Assembly (NCBI GenBank): GCA_965215015.1
Contig: OZ244042.1
Coordinates: forward strand, 5,788,581-5,852,580
DNA from: Candidatus Poribacteria bacterium
Lineage (GTDB): Bacteria; Poribacteria; WGA-4E; PCPOR2b
Direction of reading: 5' to 3'
DNA: 64,000 nucleotides
In this document: piece by piece, positions 9,870-19,649 of the stretch
Layout of the letters: every line of letters begins with the position of its first letter
Numbering within the stretch: position 1 is the stretch's first letter
Translations under genes and position numbers: made by a program
The notes under the pieces: model-generated
Databases searched by the model: none
Told to the model about the DNA's origin: nothing
Seen by the model: the letters and a program-made list of their open reading frames with translations, nothing else

Positions 9870-10061
9870 CTATCCCTGTTTATTCTCCAAGCAGGACAGA
9901 ACGGCATACAGGTTTGAGATTGGGTAAATCTGGTTGTCCGTCCGCGATTTTGGGTCAATGAGGACGCTCGTTATACCTACACCGTTGGCACCAACAATGT
10001 CATTTTCAATAGTATCGCCAACGAACATCGCCTCTTTTGGTAAAATACTAGCAGCTCGCAT
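9870..10061 (-). pseudogene. C-terminal fragment of a HAD-superfamily hydrolase
   Basis: Only HAD motif III is present (AMFVGDTIENDIVGANGVGITSVLI). The in-frame upstream sequence hits a TAA within 9 codons, and the space is occupied by the 3-prime end of the neighbouring enolase-family gene. Confidence 0.5.
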
Positions 10062-10077
10062 AGTAACCTGCGTGATT

Positions 10078-11241
10078 CTATGTACTTACACTCTCTATCC
10101 AGGCTTCATCAATTTCAAGGCCGAAACCGGGAGCATCCGATGGTACGAGGTAGCCATCTTTGATGACTGAAGTACCGGGCAACTTGACCATCTCTTCAAG
10201 CGGCACACCGGGGGCAGAAACGCCCTCAGACCGTTCGCCCCACGTGATAGCAGGCATCGCAAATGACAGATGTTGACCGTAGGGATAATTCATTCCGCCA
10301 TGTGCAATCACAGAGATGTCGTTCGCTTCAGCAATGTGGCAGATTTTGACCGCAGCAGTGATACCACCGCACCACAAAACGTCTGGCTGAAAGATGTCGA
10401 CCAGTCGCCGGCCCGCAGCAGCGGCAAAAACAGTTGGCAGATACCAATGTTCTCCTGTGGCGAGTGTTTGCCAAGGAATGCGTTGACGCACTGTTTCATA
10501 ACCCACAAAATCATCGGCGGGAATATAATCTTCCATCCACTTCAAGCTGTAAGGTTTCATGATTTCGCAGACGCGCACGGTATGTTCAACGTCAAAACCG
10601 GTCCAAGCATCCAACATCAATTCAATTTTATCGCCAATCGCTTCCCGCGTGCTTGCCACCAATTCTTCAAGCTTGATTAAGCCTTCTTTCCCCTGCTCCG
10701 GACCGTAAGGTGTGAATAGTTTTGTCGCCTTGAATCCAAGCTCCATATACCATTCCTGATCAAAGCCGGAGGCATAGCAGAAAATTTTCTCCTTCTGTGG
10801 TCCACCCAGCAATTCATAAACAGGTCTCTTCAGAATTTTGCCTTTGAGATCCCACAGGGCACAGTCGATCGCGCTGATCGCATAACTGGTCAAACCGGTC
10901 GCGCCAAAAGCGGCTGACGACCGCGCCATCATGTCCCACAATTTCTCAGTTGCCATACAGTTTTCGCCAACGAGACGTGGGGCAAAGTGATCCGTGATAA
11001 TTGGGGTCACGGGACCCCCATAAAGCGAGATACCAAATCCCCAGGTGCCATCTTCCGCTGTCACAATACATGCGGGCCTTTTCCATTCTAAGGAGACATC
11101 CCTCTCTTTTTTATCGAACGTCGGATAACGGGAAGTGGGACGATTCAGGCGGTAGGTTCCGGATCGGCTTGGTGCCCGTGGGGGTGTTGTCGGTTTGGGA
11201 TTTAGCTCAATTTCTACAACACGAATTTCCTTAATCTTCAT
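10078..11241 (-). CDS. enolase-superfamily dehydratase, L-rhamnonate dehydratase-like (mandelate racemase/muconate lactonizing enzyme family)
   Basis: DCALWDLKGKILKRPVYELLGG, MLDAWTGFDVEHTV...LKWMEDYIP, ATGEHWY, and IFQPDVLWCGGIT...IAHGG track the RhamD-type sequence as I remember it. Confidence 0.75.
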   Translation of the reverse strand: MKIKEIRVVEIELNPKPTTPPRAPSRSGTYRLNRPTSRYPTFDKKERDVSLEWKRPACIVTAEDGTWGFGISLYGGPVTPIITDHFAPRLVGENCMATEKLWDMMARSSAAFGATGLTSYAISAIDCALWDLKGKILKRPVYELLGGPQKEKIFCYASGFDQEWYMELGFKATKLFTPYGPEQGKEGLIKLEELVASTREAIGDKIELMLDAWTGFDVEHTVRVCEIMKPYSLKWMEDYIPADDFVGYETVRQRIPWQTLATGEHWYLPTVFAAAAGRRLVDIFQPDVLWCGGITAAVKICHIAEANDISVIAHGGMNYPYGQHLSFAMPAITWGERSEGVSAPGVPLEEMVKLPGTSVIKDGYLVPSDAPGFGLEIDEAWIESVST

Positions 11242-11271
11242 AAAATCTCCTTTCTACTACGCTCTGATTGT

Positions 11272-12174
11272 TTAATTGGAATTTTTCTCTAATTCGTAAG
11301 TCCAATCCACGACACGATAGCCACAGTTACTGTAAAACAGAAATGCACGGTAGTTCTCCCAGTTGGTGCTAATCGTTGCATGGCAGTATCCGACTTTTTG
11401 CATCTCCTGAAGCGAGTATTGGAGCAGATAACGCCCAATACCTTGCCCTTGGAACAGGTCTTTGATATCGAGCCCGATAGTATGAAACCAGCCCTGTGCA
11501 TTGGGATGGCTTGAAAACTCACCGCCGGAGACAGACTCACAGACGCCAACTTCTTCATCATCTAGATAAGCATGCACAGTGCAATTGGGACGTTGCCCCC
11601 TCCCCTGTTCCCAGTCGATAGAAAACCTTACCGGAGCACTTGAGGGTACTGGTGTGACAGAATAATTCTCCCAATTAAAAAAAACTTCCCCTGAACAGTA
11701 TTGATAACCGTTGAATCCGAGGAGTGCTTGAACATGGTCAAGTCCGTCCGATAAGCCAGCGTTTTCAAAATGATAGAAACGATACCGCCAGTCCGCTGAA
11801 AAGGCCTCAATGTGGGCGACATTACACGCTTTCAGATAGGCTTCTGCTTTTTCAAGCGCGGCTTGCCCGGCACGCCGCGCCCCGCGCTCATAACCCAAAA
11901 ACCGAATAACGCCTACAGGAATTTCTCTGTTAACTCCAACCTGACCGATACCGACGTGAATAAACGCCTGCACGGTGCGGTTCTCTATCGTAACGAAGGC
12001 TGTTTCAAAATCGAGCCCACCCTCATTTTTGTCGGCTTTACCATTAACCCCGCGCATCGCAAGGGCAAACTCCTCTTCCGTGACCGGGTAGCAATGCGGC
12101 ACATTGATGGTCTGACAGTTATAGAATTCCGTCAAAGCATTTTGCAGCTTGGGTGTATATTGAACGACATTCAT
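11272..12174 (-). CDS. GNAT family N-acetyltransferase (two-lobed)
   Basis: C-terminal FQGQGIGRYLLQYSLQEMQKVGY...FYSNCGYR motif. The N-terminal half has a second GNAT-like segment (RGARRAGQAALEKAEAYL). Confidence 0.65.
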   Translation of the reverse strand: MNVVQYTPKLQNALTEFYNCQTINVPHCYPVTEEEFALAMRGVNGKADKNEGGLDFETAFVTIENRTVQAFIHVGIGQVGVNREIPVGVIRFLGYERGARRAGQAALEKAEAYLKACNVAHIEAFSADWRYRFYHFENAGLSDGLDHVQALLGFNGYQYCSGEVFFNWENYSVTPVPSSAPVRFSIDWEQGRGQRPNCTVHAYLDDEEVGVCESVSGGEFSSHPNAQGWFHTIGLDIKDLFQGQGIGRYLLQYSLQEMQKVGYCHATISTNWENYRAFLFYSNCGYRVVDWTYELEKNSN

Positions 12175-12217
12175 CTCTACTCCTTTTCAATTTGCATCTT
12201 CCCGAATCCATAGAAAA

Positions 12218-13117
12218 CTACTGCTCTGTTATCGCCGTGGATAGGAATGTGTTAACCGCCTCGAAATACTCCTCCGGCTGATCAACCCAAGTGATATGCC
12301 CACACCGGTTCAGAAAGACAATCTCCGTCTGAGGAATCTTCTCCTGGATTAGATATGCCTGTGTAATTGGCTCGTAGTCCTGATATCCATACACAACTAA
12401 GGTTGGTACGGTAATCCTATTCGCATTTGCCAGTTGCATTTCATGCGTGAAGTTTGTGGGTGATTCAGCATGTCTCAGATAGCCACCACATTTCAGATAG
12501 TAGTCGATAAACGGTGCCGCAGTCTCACGCGAATAGAACATGACACGCGCCCATATCTGCATCAGGGCTTCGTCAATCTCACGTGGAACCTCGCCCTTTT
12601 CAGACCTTGCTTGGTCGTATGTCCCCCGTATAGCCGCAAATTCTTCAGGCGAGGTCGGGTATGCCATCCGATCTCTATTCGCACGATAACAACTCCTCAT
12701 TTCTGAATTGAGTGGTCCCGGACCTACCAAGATGAGATGTGACAGGCGATCAGGATACTCTTGGGCGTAGAGTAATCCCAACCCACTGCCCCACGAATGC
12801 CCAAGCAATGCCATCTGATCTAAACCCAAATGATCTCGAAGCATGTCGAGGTCTTGGGTAAATTTCTTGATATCCATTGCGTCCTTACTGTTCTCAAAAA
12901 GTTTCGATTGACCAGACCCGCGTTGGTCGTAGAGGACACATCTATATTTTTGGGCGAATAGCTCTCCCATCGGACGGTAAAGCAGGTGATCTAAACTACC
13001 ATGAACGCAAACCAAGGTCGCTCCTGCACCGATCTCAAACCATGCCATCTCATGCCCGTTCACCTGTAAGGTATGTTCTTTCCAGACGTACACTGTTCTC
13101 AACTCCGCATCAATCAT
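12218..13117 (-). CDS. alpha/beta hydrolase (proline iminopeptidase-like)
   Basis: HG oxyanion region (LVCVHGS), nucleophile elbow GHSWGSG, and a C-terminal CGH catalytic His region. Confidence 0.8.
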   Translation of the reverse strand: MIDAELRTVYVWKEHTLQVNGHEMAWFEIGAGATLVCVHGSLDHLLYRPMGELFAQKYRCVLYDQRGSGQSKLFENSKDAMDIKKFTQDLDMLRDHLGLDQMALLGHSWGSGLGLLYAQEYPDRLSHLILVGPGPLNSEMRSCYRANRDRMAYPTSPEEFAAIRGTYDQARSEKGEVPREIDEALMQIWARVMFYSRETAAPFIDYYLKCGGYLRHAESPTNFTHEMQLANANRITVPTLVVYGYQDYEPITQAYLIQEKIPQTEIVFLNRCGHITWVDQPEEYFEAVNTFLSTAITEQ

Positions 13118-13425
13118 TATGGGGTGTGTTCAGAGAAGAAACAGGGTGCTAGTGCCACATCTTTCTGCATGAATAGCACCTCAACCCGTACTTCCATTAA
13201 CTCTCTATCGAAGACGAAGATATTTCAAGTTCTCGACAGGCTTTCAGCAAAGCCTCTTGAATGTTTAGGAACTCAAGGTATCCGAGTAGCAGTGGATACT
13301 TTGTAAGCTAGACCAATCGGCAAACTATTTTCACCCTCATTCAATTCCGAGTAAGCACCTGAAAGTGAAATGAGCACGTTTGCGTCGTTGTGAGATTGTA
13401 TTTCGACCATTTTGCGTCCTAAAAA

Positions 13426-14076
13426 TTACCGTTTTCGGACGATAATAGAATTGAAGGTTACGCCTTCACGAGGGTTTAACCTGCGGTAGTACTCCAATCT
13501 GAATAATTGTTGTACAACTTCAAGGAGTGTCTCGACTTCCCAAAAAGAGAAAAATCGCTTTGGTTCGTATGTATCTTGTTCTAGGATGCCTTCAAAATTT
13601 TCTCCACCCCAAAGTCCAAGGTACATTAAACCGTTTCTGTTGAGTCGAGTCGCGATTCGACTGAAAATATGACCGATATCCTTCTTTGGTATATGTAGAA
13701 GGCAATTCAGCGTATACACCGCGTCAAAGGTCTCGTCAATTTGATCAAGGTCGTAGCAGTCCAATACTTGAGCAGTAACACCCTTTTCTGCGGTGAGTTT
13801 CACCATTGTTGGTGCGTTGTCCACCGCAAGAACTTGGACCCCTTGACTTTGAAAGAACTGGGCATCTCGACCGGGACCGCATCCAATTTCAAGGAGACGC
13901 TTTCGTCGTTCAACCTTTAAGAGCTTTAGAAACTCTGACCGCTCTCGTTCCTTAAATTCGGCGGTAATGCTAGCCTCCCTTTGATAGGCGTGTTTTTCAT
14001 AAGATTCAATGAGCGTGTCAGTGAATCGCATCATATCGTAGTGCTCCGCGACTGTTTTACCGATTGATACAACCAT
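13426..14076 (-). CDS. class I SAM-dependent methyltransferase
   Basis: LLEIGCGPGRDAQFF motif I and AVDNAPTMV. The start is moved to MVVSIGK (14076) because the ORF-track N-terminus (to 14142) is the translation of a dispersed repeat core. Confidence 0.75.
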   Translation of the reverse strand: MVVSIGKTVAEHYDMMRFTDTLIESYEKHAYQREASITAEFKERERSEFLKLLKVERRKRLLEIGCGPGRDAQFFQSQGVQVLAVDNAPTMVKLTAEKGVTAQVLDCYDLDQIDETFDAVYTLNCLLHIPKKDIGHIFSRIATRLNRNGLMYLGLWGGENFEGILEQDTYEPKRFFSFWEVETLLEVVQQLFRLEYYRRLNPREGVTFNSIIVRKR

Positions 14077-14086
14077 AGCGCAATCT

Positions 14087-14110
14087 ATAATTGAGGGGTG
14101 CTCATAAATC
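14087..14110 (-). repeat. R3 core repeat (reverse complement of TATGAGCACCCCTCAATTAT)
   Basis: ATAATTGAGGGGTGCTCATAAATC. The same 20-mer core occurs at 60458-60480 and 19681-19708, with degenerate copies at 14268-14295 and 19903-19930. Confidence 0.65.
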
Positions 14111-14204
14111 CAATTCGTGGAATCGTGACACCGGAGGGGCACATTTCTCAGAAGTTGGCAGCGTGAAAACGTCTCTGTATCCCAGATTCATACCGATTCT
14201 TGGA

Positions 14205-14300
14205 TGGCATCGAGGGTGCCCAATCCGTGTTTTCCGTGTCATCCGTTTAATCCGTGATTCAGACAATACTTATGAGCCCTCTTCATCTATAATTTATCAT
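14205..14300 (+). repeat. R3 repeat copy (ATCCG-rich arm plus core)
   Basis: CAATCCGTGTTTTCCGTGTCATCCGTTTAATCCGTGATTCAGACAATACTTATGAGCC... aligns along its length with 60405-60490. Confidence 0.65.
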
Positions 14301-14372
14301 CCTAAATTCTATAAACATACCGCTCCAGAAAGTACCAGTGCTACGAATAATGGAAGAATCACTTTGCTAATA

Positions 14373-14381
14373 TGGTATAAT
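14373..14381 (+). promoter_or_regulatory. candidate extended -10 promoter (TGgTATAAT) for the ABC transporter operon
   Basis: Perfect TGnTATAAT about 72 nt upstream of the ATG at 14454. There is no good -35. Confidence 0.35.
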
Positions 14382-14453
14382 GTAACCCCCTCTTGATGCA
14401 AATAATTCTGTTTTTCTACAAATTAACATCCTGATAACCTGACGCTAACAAAA

Positions 14454-15437
14454 ATGCCAATTATCACAGTCGAACATCTGAGCAAATACTTCAAAGTCTA
14501 TAAACGTCGCACCGGGTTTTGGGGAAATCTCAGCAGTACGGTTTCGCGCAAGTATGATGTCATCAAAGCGGTTGATAATGTGAACTTTACCCTTGAGCGG
14601 GGGGAATTGGTCGGATACATCGGTGCCAACGGGGCGGGGAAATCAACAACCATCAAGATGCTAACAGGGATTCTTGTACCAACTTCGGGGCATATTGATG
14701 TGATGGGGTTGACCCCATATCGGCACCGAAAAGAAAATACACGCCGGATCGGCGTGGTGTTTGGACAACGAACCCAACTCTGGTGGGATCTACCCGTTAT
14801 CGACTCCTTTGAACTGCTCAAGCATATCTACGAGATCCCACAAAAGCTGTACAAACAGAATCTCGAATTTTTCAGCGAACTGTTGCAATTAAAACCATTT
14901 CTGTCCACACCGGTGCGAAGATTGAGCCTCGGACAGCGGATGCGGTGTGACCTAACTGCGGCACTGCTACATAACCCGGAGATCCTATATTTAGACGAAC
15001 CGACTATCGGCTTGGATGTGGTTGCCAAGGAGCAGGTCCGTCAGTTTCTGAGGCAGGTTAACGCAGAACGCCAAGTCACGATTATCCTGACAACGCATGA
15101 CCTCAATGATGTCGAGAAGGTTTGTCAGCGACTGATTATCATTGACAGTGGTAAGATCATCTATGACGGTGCGATCAATGCCTTAAAAAAACGCTACGGC
15201 AAAACCCGGATGCTCATCGTTGACCTCGCACAGGCGTATTCCGATATTCAACTTGAGAGTGTGGATCTGATCCGACGAGACGGAAATCGTGTATGGCTCG
15301 CATTTGCTCGCGATACAATTTCTGCCTCCGAAGTCATCGCGCAATTGACAGCACGCTATGAGATTCAGGATCTAACGATATCGGAACCGGAAATTGAGGA
15401 GATTGTTCGACGTATCTATGAATTGGGGGTGCACTAA
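14454..15437 (+). CDS. ABC transporter ATP-binding protein (ABC-2 type, COG4586-like)
   Basis: Walker A GANGAGKSTT, signature LSLGQRMR, and Walker B ILYLDEPT. Confidence 0.9.
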   Translation: MPIITVEHLSKYFKVYKRRTGFWGNLSSTVSRKYDVIKAVDNVNFTLERGELVGYIGANGAGKSTTIKMLTGILVPTSGHIDVMGLTPYRHRKENTRRIGVVFGQRTQLWWDLPVIDSFELLKHIYEIPQKLYKQNLEFFSELLQLKPFLSTPVRRLSLGQRMRCDLTAALLHNPEILYLDEPTIGLDVVAKEQVRQFLRQVNAERQVTIILTTHDLNDVEKVCQRLIIIDSGKIIYDGAINALKKRYGKTRMLIVDLAQAYSDIQLESVDLIRRDGNRVWLAFARDTISASEVIAQLTARYEIQDLTISEPEIEEIVRRIYELGVH

Positions 15438-15454
15438 TACCCACCGATCATGTC

Positions 15455-16255
15455 ATGATAAAAAAATATCTCACTTTTACGGTGAAAGCCTTTCAGCGAA
15501 CGCTGACATATCGGTTCGAGTTGTGGATGGAGCTGCTTATCAACGTGTTGTTCATGTTAGTCTACGTCTATCTATGGAAAGCGTTATACACGGAACGGAC
15601 ATCGGTAGAAGGATACGACCTGAACGGGATTCTGACATACATCGTCGTCTCACAGACTCTATTGACCTTTACATTTACACTCCGGATAGCACGTATTATC
15701 GAAGAGAAGGTACGCACAGGCGAAGTGGTCACCGATTTAATGAAACCAATTGATTTTCAGTTGATGACGCTTGCAACGGCTGCAGGAACTTCAAGCCATA
15801 CGGCACTGTTCAATATGCTCCCAAAATTCTTGCTGTTTTATGGTGCGTTTGGGCTATCGCTACCACCATCGCTTTTGACGGTATCCCTCTTTATCATTAG
15901 TGTGGTCCTGGGGTATGTCATTCTGTTCAGTATAGAATTTATAATCGGTATTTTCGCCTTCTGGCTTGTCGAGATCCGCGGTCTCTACGCCTTCGTTATA
16001 TGGGGGCTAGCTATGTTGTTTTCCGGCTACTTTTTGCCATTGGAATTTTATCCCACTTTCTTAGCTAAAGTTGCAGCGGTTTTGCCCTTTCGTGCGATTA
16101 TCTATTTTCCTACTGCCATCTACACCGGTCAATTAATAGGGGAGAACCTCGTCACGGCACTGTTAATACAACTGGCTTGGGTGGCTGCATTGGTGGGGAT
16201 TGGACGGCTTGGATACCGGGCAGCCTTCCGTAAACTGGTGATTCAGGGCGGATAG
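15455..16255 (+). CDS. ABC-2 family transporter permease
   Basis: Polytopic hydrophobic protein immediately after the ATPase. This is the typical three-gene arrangement with a second permease. Confidence 0.75.
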   Translation: MIKKYLTFTVKAFQRTLTYRFELWMELLINVLFMLVYVYLWKALYTERTSVEGYDLNGILTYIVVSQTLLTFTFTLRIARIIEEKVRTGEVVTDLMKPIDFQLMTLATAAGTSSHTALFNMLPKFLLFYGAFGLSLPPSLLTVSLFIISVVLGYVILFSIEFIIGIFAFWLVEIRGLYAFVIWGLAMLFSGYFLPLEFYPTFLAKVAAVLPFRAIIYFPTAIYTGQLIGENLVTALLIQLAWVAALVGIGRLGYRAAFRKLVIQGG

Positions 16256-16348
16256 AATGGAAACATCTGAAAATGCACGGTAGGGGCTACCCTTATGGCT
16301 GCCCTTTGGGCATACCCCTACATTTAAGGGAGAGGGAGCAGACGGTTC

Positions 16349-17158
16349 TTGGTTATGCGACATTATATCAAACTCTACTTTCTTCTCGCCGGCGCGTATG
16401 TGCGCTCCCGGCTTCAATACCGACTTTCGTTTGGTCTCATGTGCTTCGGAATTGTTATCGCCGAAGTCTGCTTACTCGGCTTGTTGGGGGCGTTACTCGC
16501 CAAGTTTCGCACTGTTAATGGCTGGACATGGGCAGAAGTGGTATTCCTGTACGGCTTAGGAAACTTGGCGTATTCATTCATGCGGATATTGGGCAGCCAA
16601 TTAGACGATTTTGATCGGTACATTATCCGCGGTGAGTTGGACAGTGTACTGATTAGACCTGTGCCACCGCTATTCTACATCCTTGCGAGTCGTGTGGAGT
16701 TAATCCACGTCTCCCGGGCATTGACAAGTGTTGCCATCTTCGTTGTCGCGTTCCACTTGACCGATCTCCGTTGGACGCCGAGCGTTGCGCTGTTCACCTT
16801 CACAACAATCCTGAGTGGTACACTGATTATGTTTACACTCATGCTCATCAGTGCCACCGTTGCGCTATGGACAACAAAATCAGGTAAATTGACGGATCTG
16901 CTCGTTAGCGCGACCAAAGAGGCGACGATTTTTCCTATCTCGATCTATCCGCTCGCCGTGCGGCTACTTTTGACCTTTCTTCTCCCCGTTGCTTTCGTGA
17001 CGTATTATCCTGCCCAACACCTTCTTCAGAAGGGCGAATTTCTTGGTATGCCTGAAATCTTTCAATTCGGAGCACCGGTTGTTGCACTGGTGATGCTCTG
17101 TGTTAGCTACCTATTCTGGTGCAGCGGGCTACGACGGTATCACAGTACAGGTTCATGA
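16349..17158 (+). CDS. ABC-2 family transporter permease (second subunit)
   Basis: Polytopic membrane protein. The TTG start at 16349 is 10 nt after AGGGAG; the ATG at 16355 is an alternative. Confidence 0.75.
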   Translation: MVMRHYIKLYFLLAGAYVRSRLQYRLSFGLMCFGIVIAEVCLLGLLGALLAKFRTVNGWTWAEVVFLYGLGNLAYSFMRILGSQLDDFDRYIIRGELDSVLIRPVPPLFYILASRVELIHVSRALTSVAIFVVAFHLTDLRWTPSVALFTFTTILSGTLIMFTLMLISATVALWTTKSGKLTDLLVSATKEATIFPISIYPLAVRLLLTFLLPVAFVTYYPAQHLLQKGEFLGMPEIFQFGAPVVALVMLCVSYLFWCSGLRRYHSTGS

Positions 17159-17184
17159 AGGTTTTTGACAAGACTGATTTTTCC

Positions 17185-17213
17185 TTGCGCTTCGTCAAGC
17201 AGTATGTTAAAAT
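17185..17213 (+). promoter_or_regulatory. candidate sigma70 promoter for tRNA-Ala (TTGCGC-17-TAAAAT)
   Basis: -35 at 17185-17190, a 17-nt spacer, and -10 at 17208-17213, which is 14 nt before the tRNA 5-prime end. Confidence 0.35.
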
Positions 17214-17227
17214 AAGGGTGTTCAAGT

Positions 17228-17300
<73 letters not shown>

Positions 17301-17329
17301 CCTTTTTTGTGCCCACAGATCCCTGTCTC

Positions 17330-17797
17330 CTACCTGTCGCTTGGTTTCTGTGTGCTGTCTTCTCTTTTCGGAGGAGTGCTGAAGTGCCGGGGGGTTAAGC
17401 CGTTGTCTAACACACCTAAGATAGTCAGATGTAACTGTGCACGTGGTGGTAAAGATTTGATGAGATTGGCTTCAACTCTCTTAACCTTTTGTTCTTGGGC
17501 TAAGCGTTGCTGGTGAAAAATTTTTAAAACCTCTTGAATCTCGTCATCTGATGCGATCTTGTCTTTAGCAAGCCGGTTCAAGGGCTTCAGATTTTCGATT
17601 GCTTGGCGGTGTCTCTGACGTTTGAGTGCCCACAAGGCTTTGATTCGCGCCTTTTGTTCCGGTGTCACCCCGAGTGCTTCTAGCGTCACCCCTTCGTCCT
17701 CGGTTCTGTTCTCCGTCTTTTGCGCCCACGCCACAAAACCGAAAAATATGGCGAATATCAACAGGGCAAGTACAATACTAATATAGAATTTGGACAT
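17330..17797 (-). CDS. hypothetical secreted protein (weak Spy/CpxP-like helical character)
   Basis: N-terminal signal/anchor MSKFYISIVLALLIFAIFFGFVAWAQ, followed by charged helical repeats (LGVTPEQKARIKAL...). Confidence 0.5.
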   Translation of the reverse strand: MSKFYISIVLALLIFAIFFGFVAWAQKTENRTEDEGVTLEALGVTPEQKARIKALWALKRQRHRQAIENLKPLNRLAKDKIASDDEIQEVLKIFHQQRLAQEQKVKRVEANLIKSLPPRAQLHLTILGVLDNGLTPRHFSTPPKREDSTQKPSDR

Positions 17798-18101
17798 GTT
17801 TCACCTCTTGGCAGGCGTTATCCTGTTTTGGGGAATTGTAATCAATCATCTTCAATGCCACAAAATAATACCACAATGTCGTTAGACTGTCAATTGATGG
17901 GTTCGGCTCTTCGTGTTTTCGGCGTGGAGGAAGGTGCGGTGCCGCTTCTCAAAGATTTATCAATAATTGATCTGCCTAATTTTATAAAAAGATGTTATTA
18001 TATTGCAACGTCATGCACAATGGGGCGTTAAAAGAAGCCATCAGATCTTATACCGAACTCTCTTCGTCAGTTTCTATGGAATACTATTTTTCTACGCAAT
18101 A

Positions 18102-18335
18102 AGTAGATAGGAGCTTTTCTCTGAATTTAACGCAAAGTCGCACCCCGCAAGCAGGGGGAGGGGGGCGCAAGTCCCGATTTCGTTGCCCTCCCCCTGCTTG
18201 CGTCATCATGGATTCACAATTTCATTGGGAGAGACGCAGAAACGAAATAGGAAGCCGGTTCTGTCGCTTTCTTTGCGTCTTAGTCCCCTTGCATCCAAGC
18301 GTTTTATTAAAAGCTAGTAACTACTTATCCCCTTT
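18102..18335 (+). repeat. R2 repeat, copy a (about 235 bp) with internal 17-bp perfect stem
   Basis: Matches the reverse complement of 60041-60340 at both ends (AGTAGATA..TTCTGAATTTAACGCAAAG and CTTAGTCCCCTTGCATC..GCGTTTTATTAAAAGCTAGTAACTACTTATCCCC) and in the middle (GGCGCAAGTCCCGATT, GGAAGCCGGTTCT). Stem 18146-18162 pairs with 18186-18202. Confidence 0.8.
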
Positions 18336-18372
18336 TTCTAAATAACTCTGCTAAACGAAAGGAAAGAAGCAA

Positions 18373-19443
18373 ATGAAAGCGTTGTTGCTAAGCCCAGGAC
18401 ATGCTCATTTTGAAGCCCATTTCAGTACATTGCAGGAATTGCCGGAGATTGAAAGCATTTTTATTTGGGGAGAAGACCAGTCTGCCCTAGAGACCATCCA
18501 ACAGTCGAAGGAGCATAAGGTGGAAAGTATCACCACCGATTTGGATGAAATTCTGGCACGGGACGATGTCTTCTTTGCGATTGCCACCATGAGAACAGAC
18601 TTGAAGCCGGATATTTTTATACGTATACTGGAGTCCGGCAAACACCTAATGGCAGAAAAGCCAATCGGCAGAACCGCCTCAGATGTGCAGCGAGTTGTCG
18701 AGGCGGCGGAACGCGCACGGATGCAGTTGGGTGTCTGCTATCAAAATCGGTACAATCCAATGATTCGTGAAGCACGGGATTTGGTGGGGCAGGGCTTGTT
18801 GGGACCGCTGATGTCAATTGAAATGCGGATGCTAACGACACAGGTACAATACCGCGACCCCCAAGGCTGGCTGTTTCGCCACAAATACGCGGGGAGTGGG
18901 ATCTTAGCGTGGTTGGGTTGTCATTATATAGACATGTTACGCTACATCACCCACGACGAAATTGTATCGGTCTCTGCGGAAGTCGCAACGCGCAGCGGTG
19001 AGAATATCGATGTGGAGGATACTGCTACGCTCTCTTTTCGTTTGCGTTCGGGGGCAGTTGGTTCTCTACATGCGGGATATACCCTTGCGTTGAGTGGATC
19101 AAAATATCCCAACCAACCCAGTTACGATACCTATGTCGGTGTCAACGGTCAAAATGGTCGAATCCACTGGGCTTCCCCAGGCGTTGCAGAACATATGAGC
19201 GTTGAAACAACTCAGGGTTCTTGGGCGGCTGCGCCTCAGCGGGAATTTGACTATACCTTGGGCGAATCTCCGGCGTATGGGGGCATTGCTGGGGAGGCCT
19301 TCATCCGGGACTTTATCCGTGCGGGACAAGGCGAAGGTGCCCCGCCTGCCTCGGGCCGTGACGCTCTCCAAGTCGCTCGCATTATTGACGCAGCGTTGGA
19401 ATCCAGTCAAACGGGTCGGCGGATCGAGGTTGAGCAACCTTAG
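18373..19443 (+). CDS. Gfo/Idh/MocA family oxidoreductase
   Basis: MAEKPI motif and a C-terminal alpha/beta domain typical of the family. 356 aa. Confidence 0.85.
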   Translation: MKALLLSPGHAHFEAHFSTLQELPEIESIFIWGEDQSALETIQQSKEHKVESITTDLDEILARDDVFFAIATMRTDLKPDIFIRILESGKHLMAEKPIGRTASDVQRVVEAAERARMQLGVCYQNRYNPMIREARDLVGQGLLGPLMSIEMRMLTTQVQYRDPQGWLFRHKYAGSGILAWLGCHYIDMLRYITHDEIVSVSAEVATRSGENIDVEDTATLSFRLRSGAVGSLHAGYTLALSGSKYPNQPSYDTYVGVNGQNGRIHWASPGVAEHMSVETTQGSWAAAPQREFDYTLGESPAYGGIAGEAFIRDFIRAGQGEGAPPASGRDALQVARIIDAALESSQTGRRIEVEQP

Positions 19444-19649
19444 AGGCCCTGTGGAAGATAGGAAAGAGGTTTTAGACATTTCTATAAATGAATAAACAGA
19501 ATCTTAACCTTGACATTATCAAAAATCCTTTAGGTCTGTATCCCAAACATCTATGTTGGGGGTAATACCCCTGCTTTAGCATTAGGGTCATTTAGTTTTC
19601 CGTTTTTTGACCGATTTTGGCGGGTAGACGGAAGATTGACCCCTCGGTC

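Noticed and set aside
13118-13425. Small minus-strand ORF (MVEIQSHNDANVLISLSGAYSELNEGENSLPIGLAYKVSTATRIP) and a neighbouring frame with antitoxin-like ...EFLNIQEALLKACRELEI
   Set aside because: No RBS and no adjacent toxin-like partner. The frames do not join without invoking another frameshift, so there is too little to support a call.
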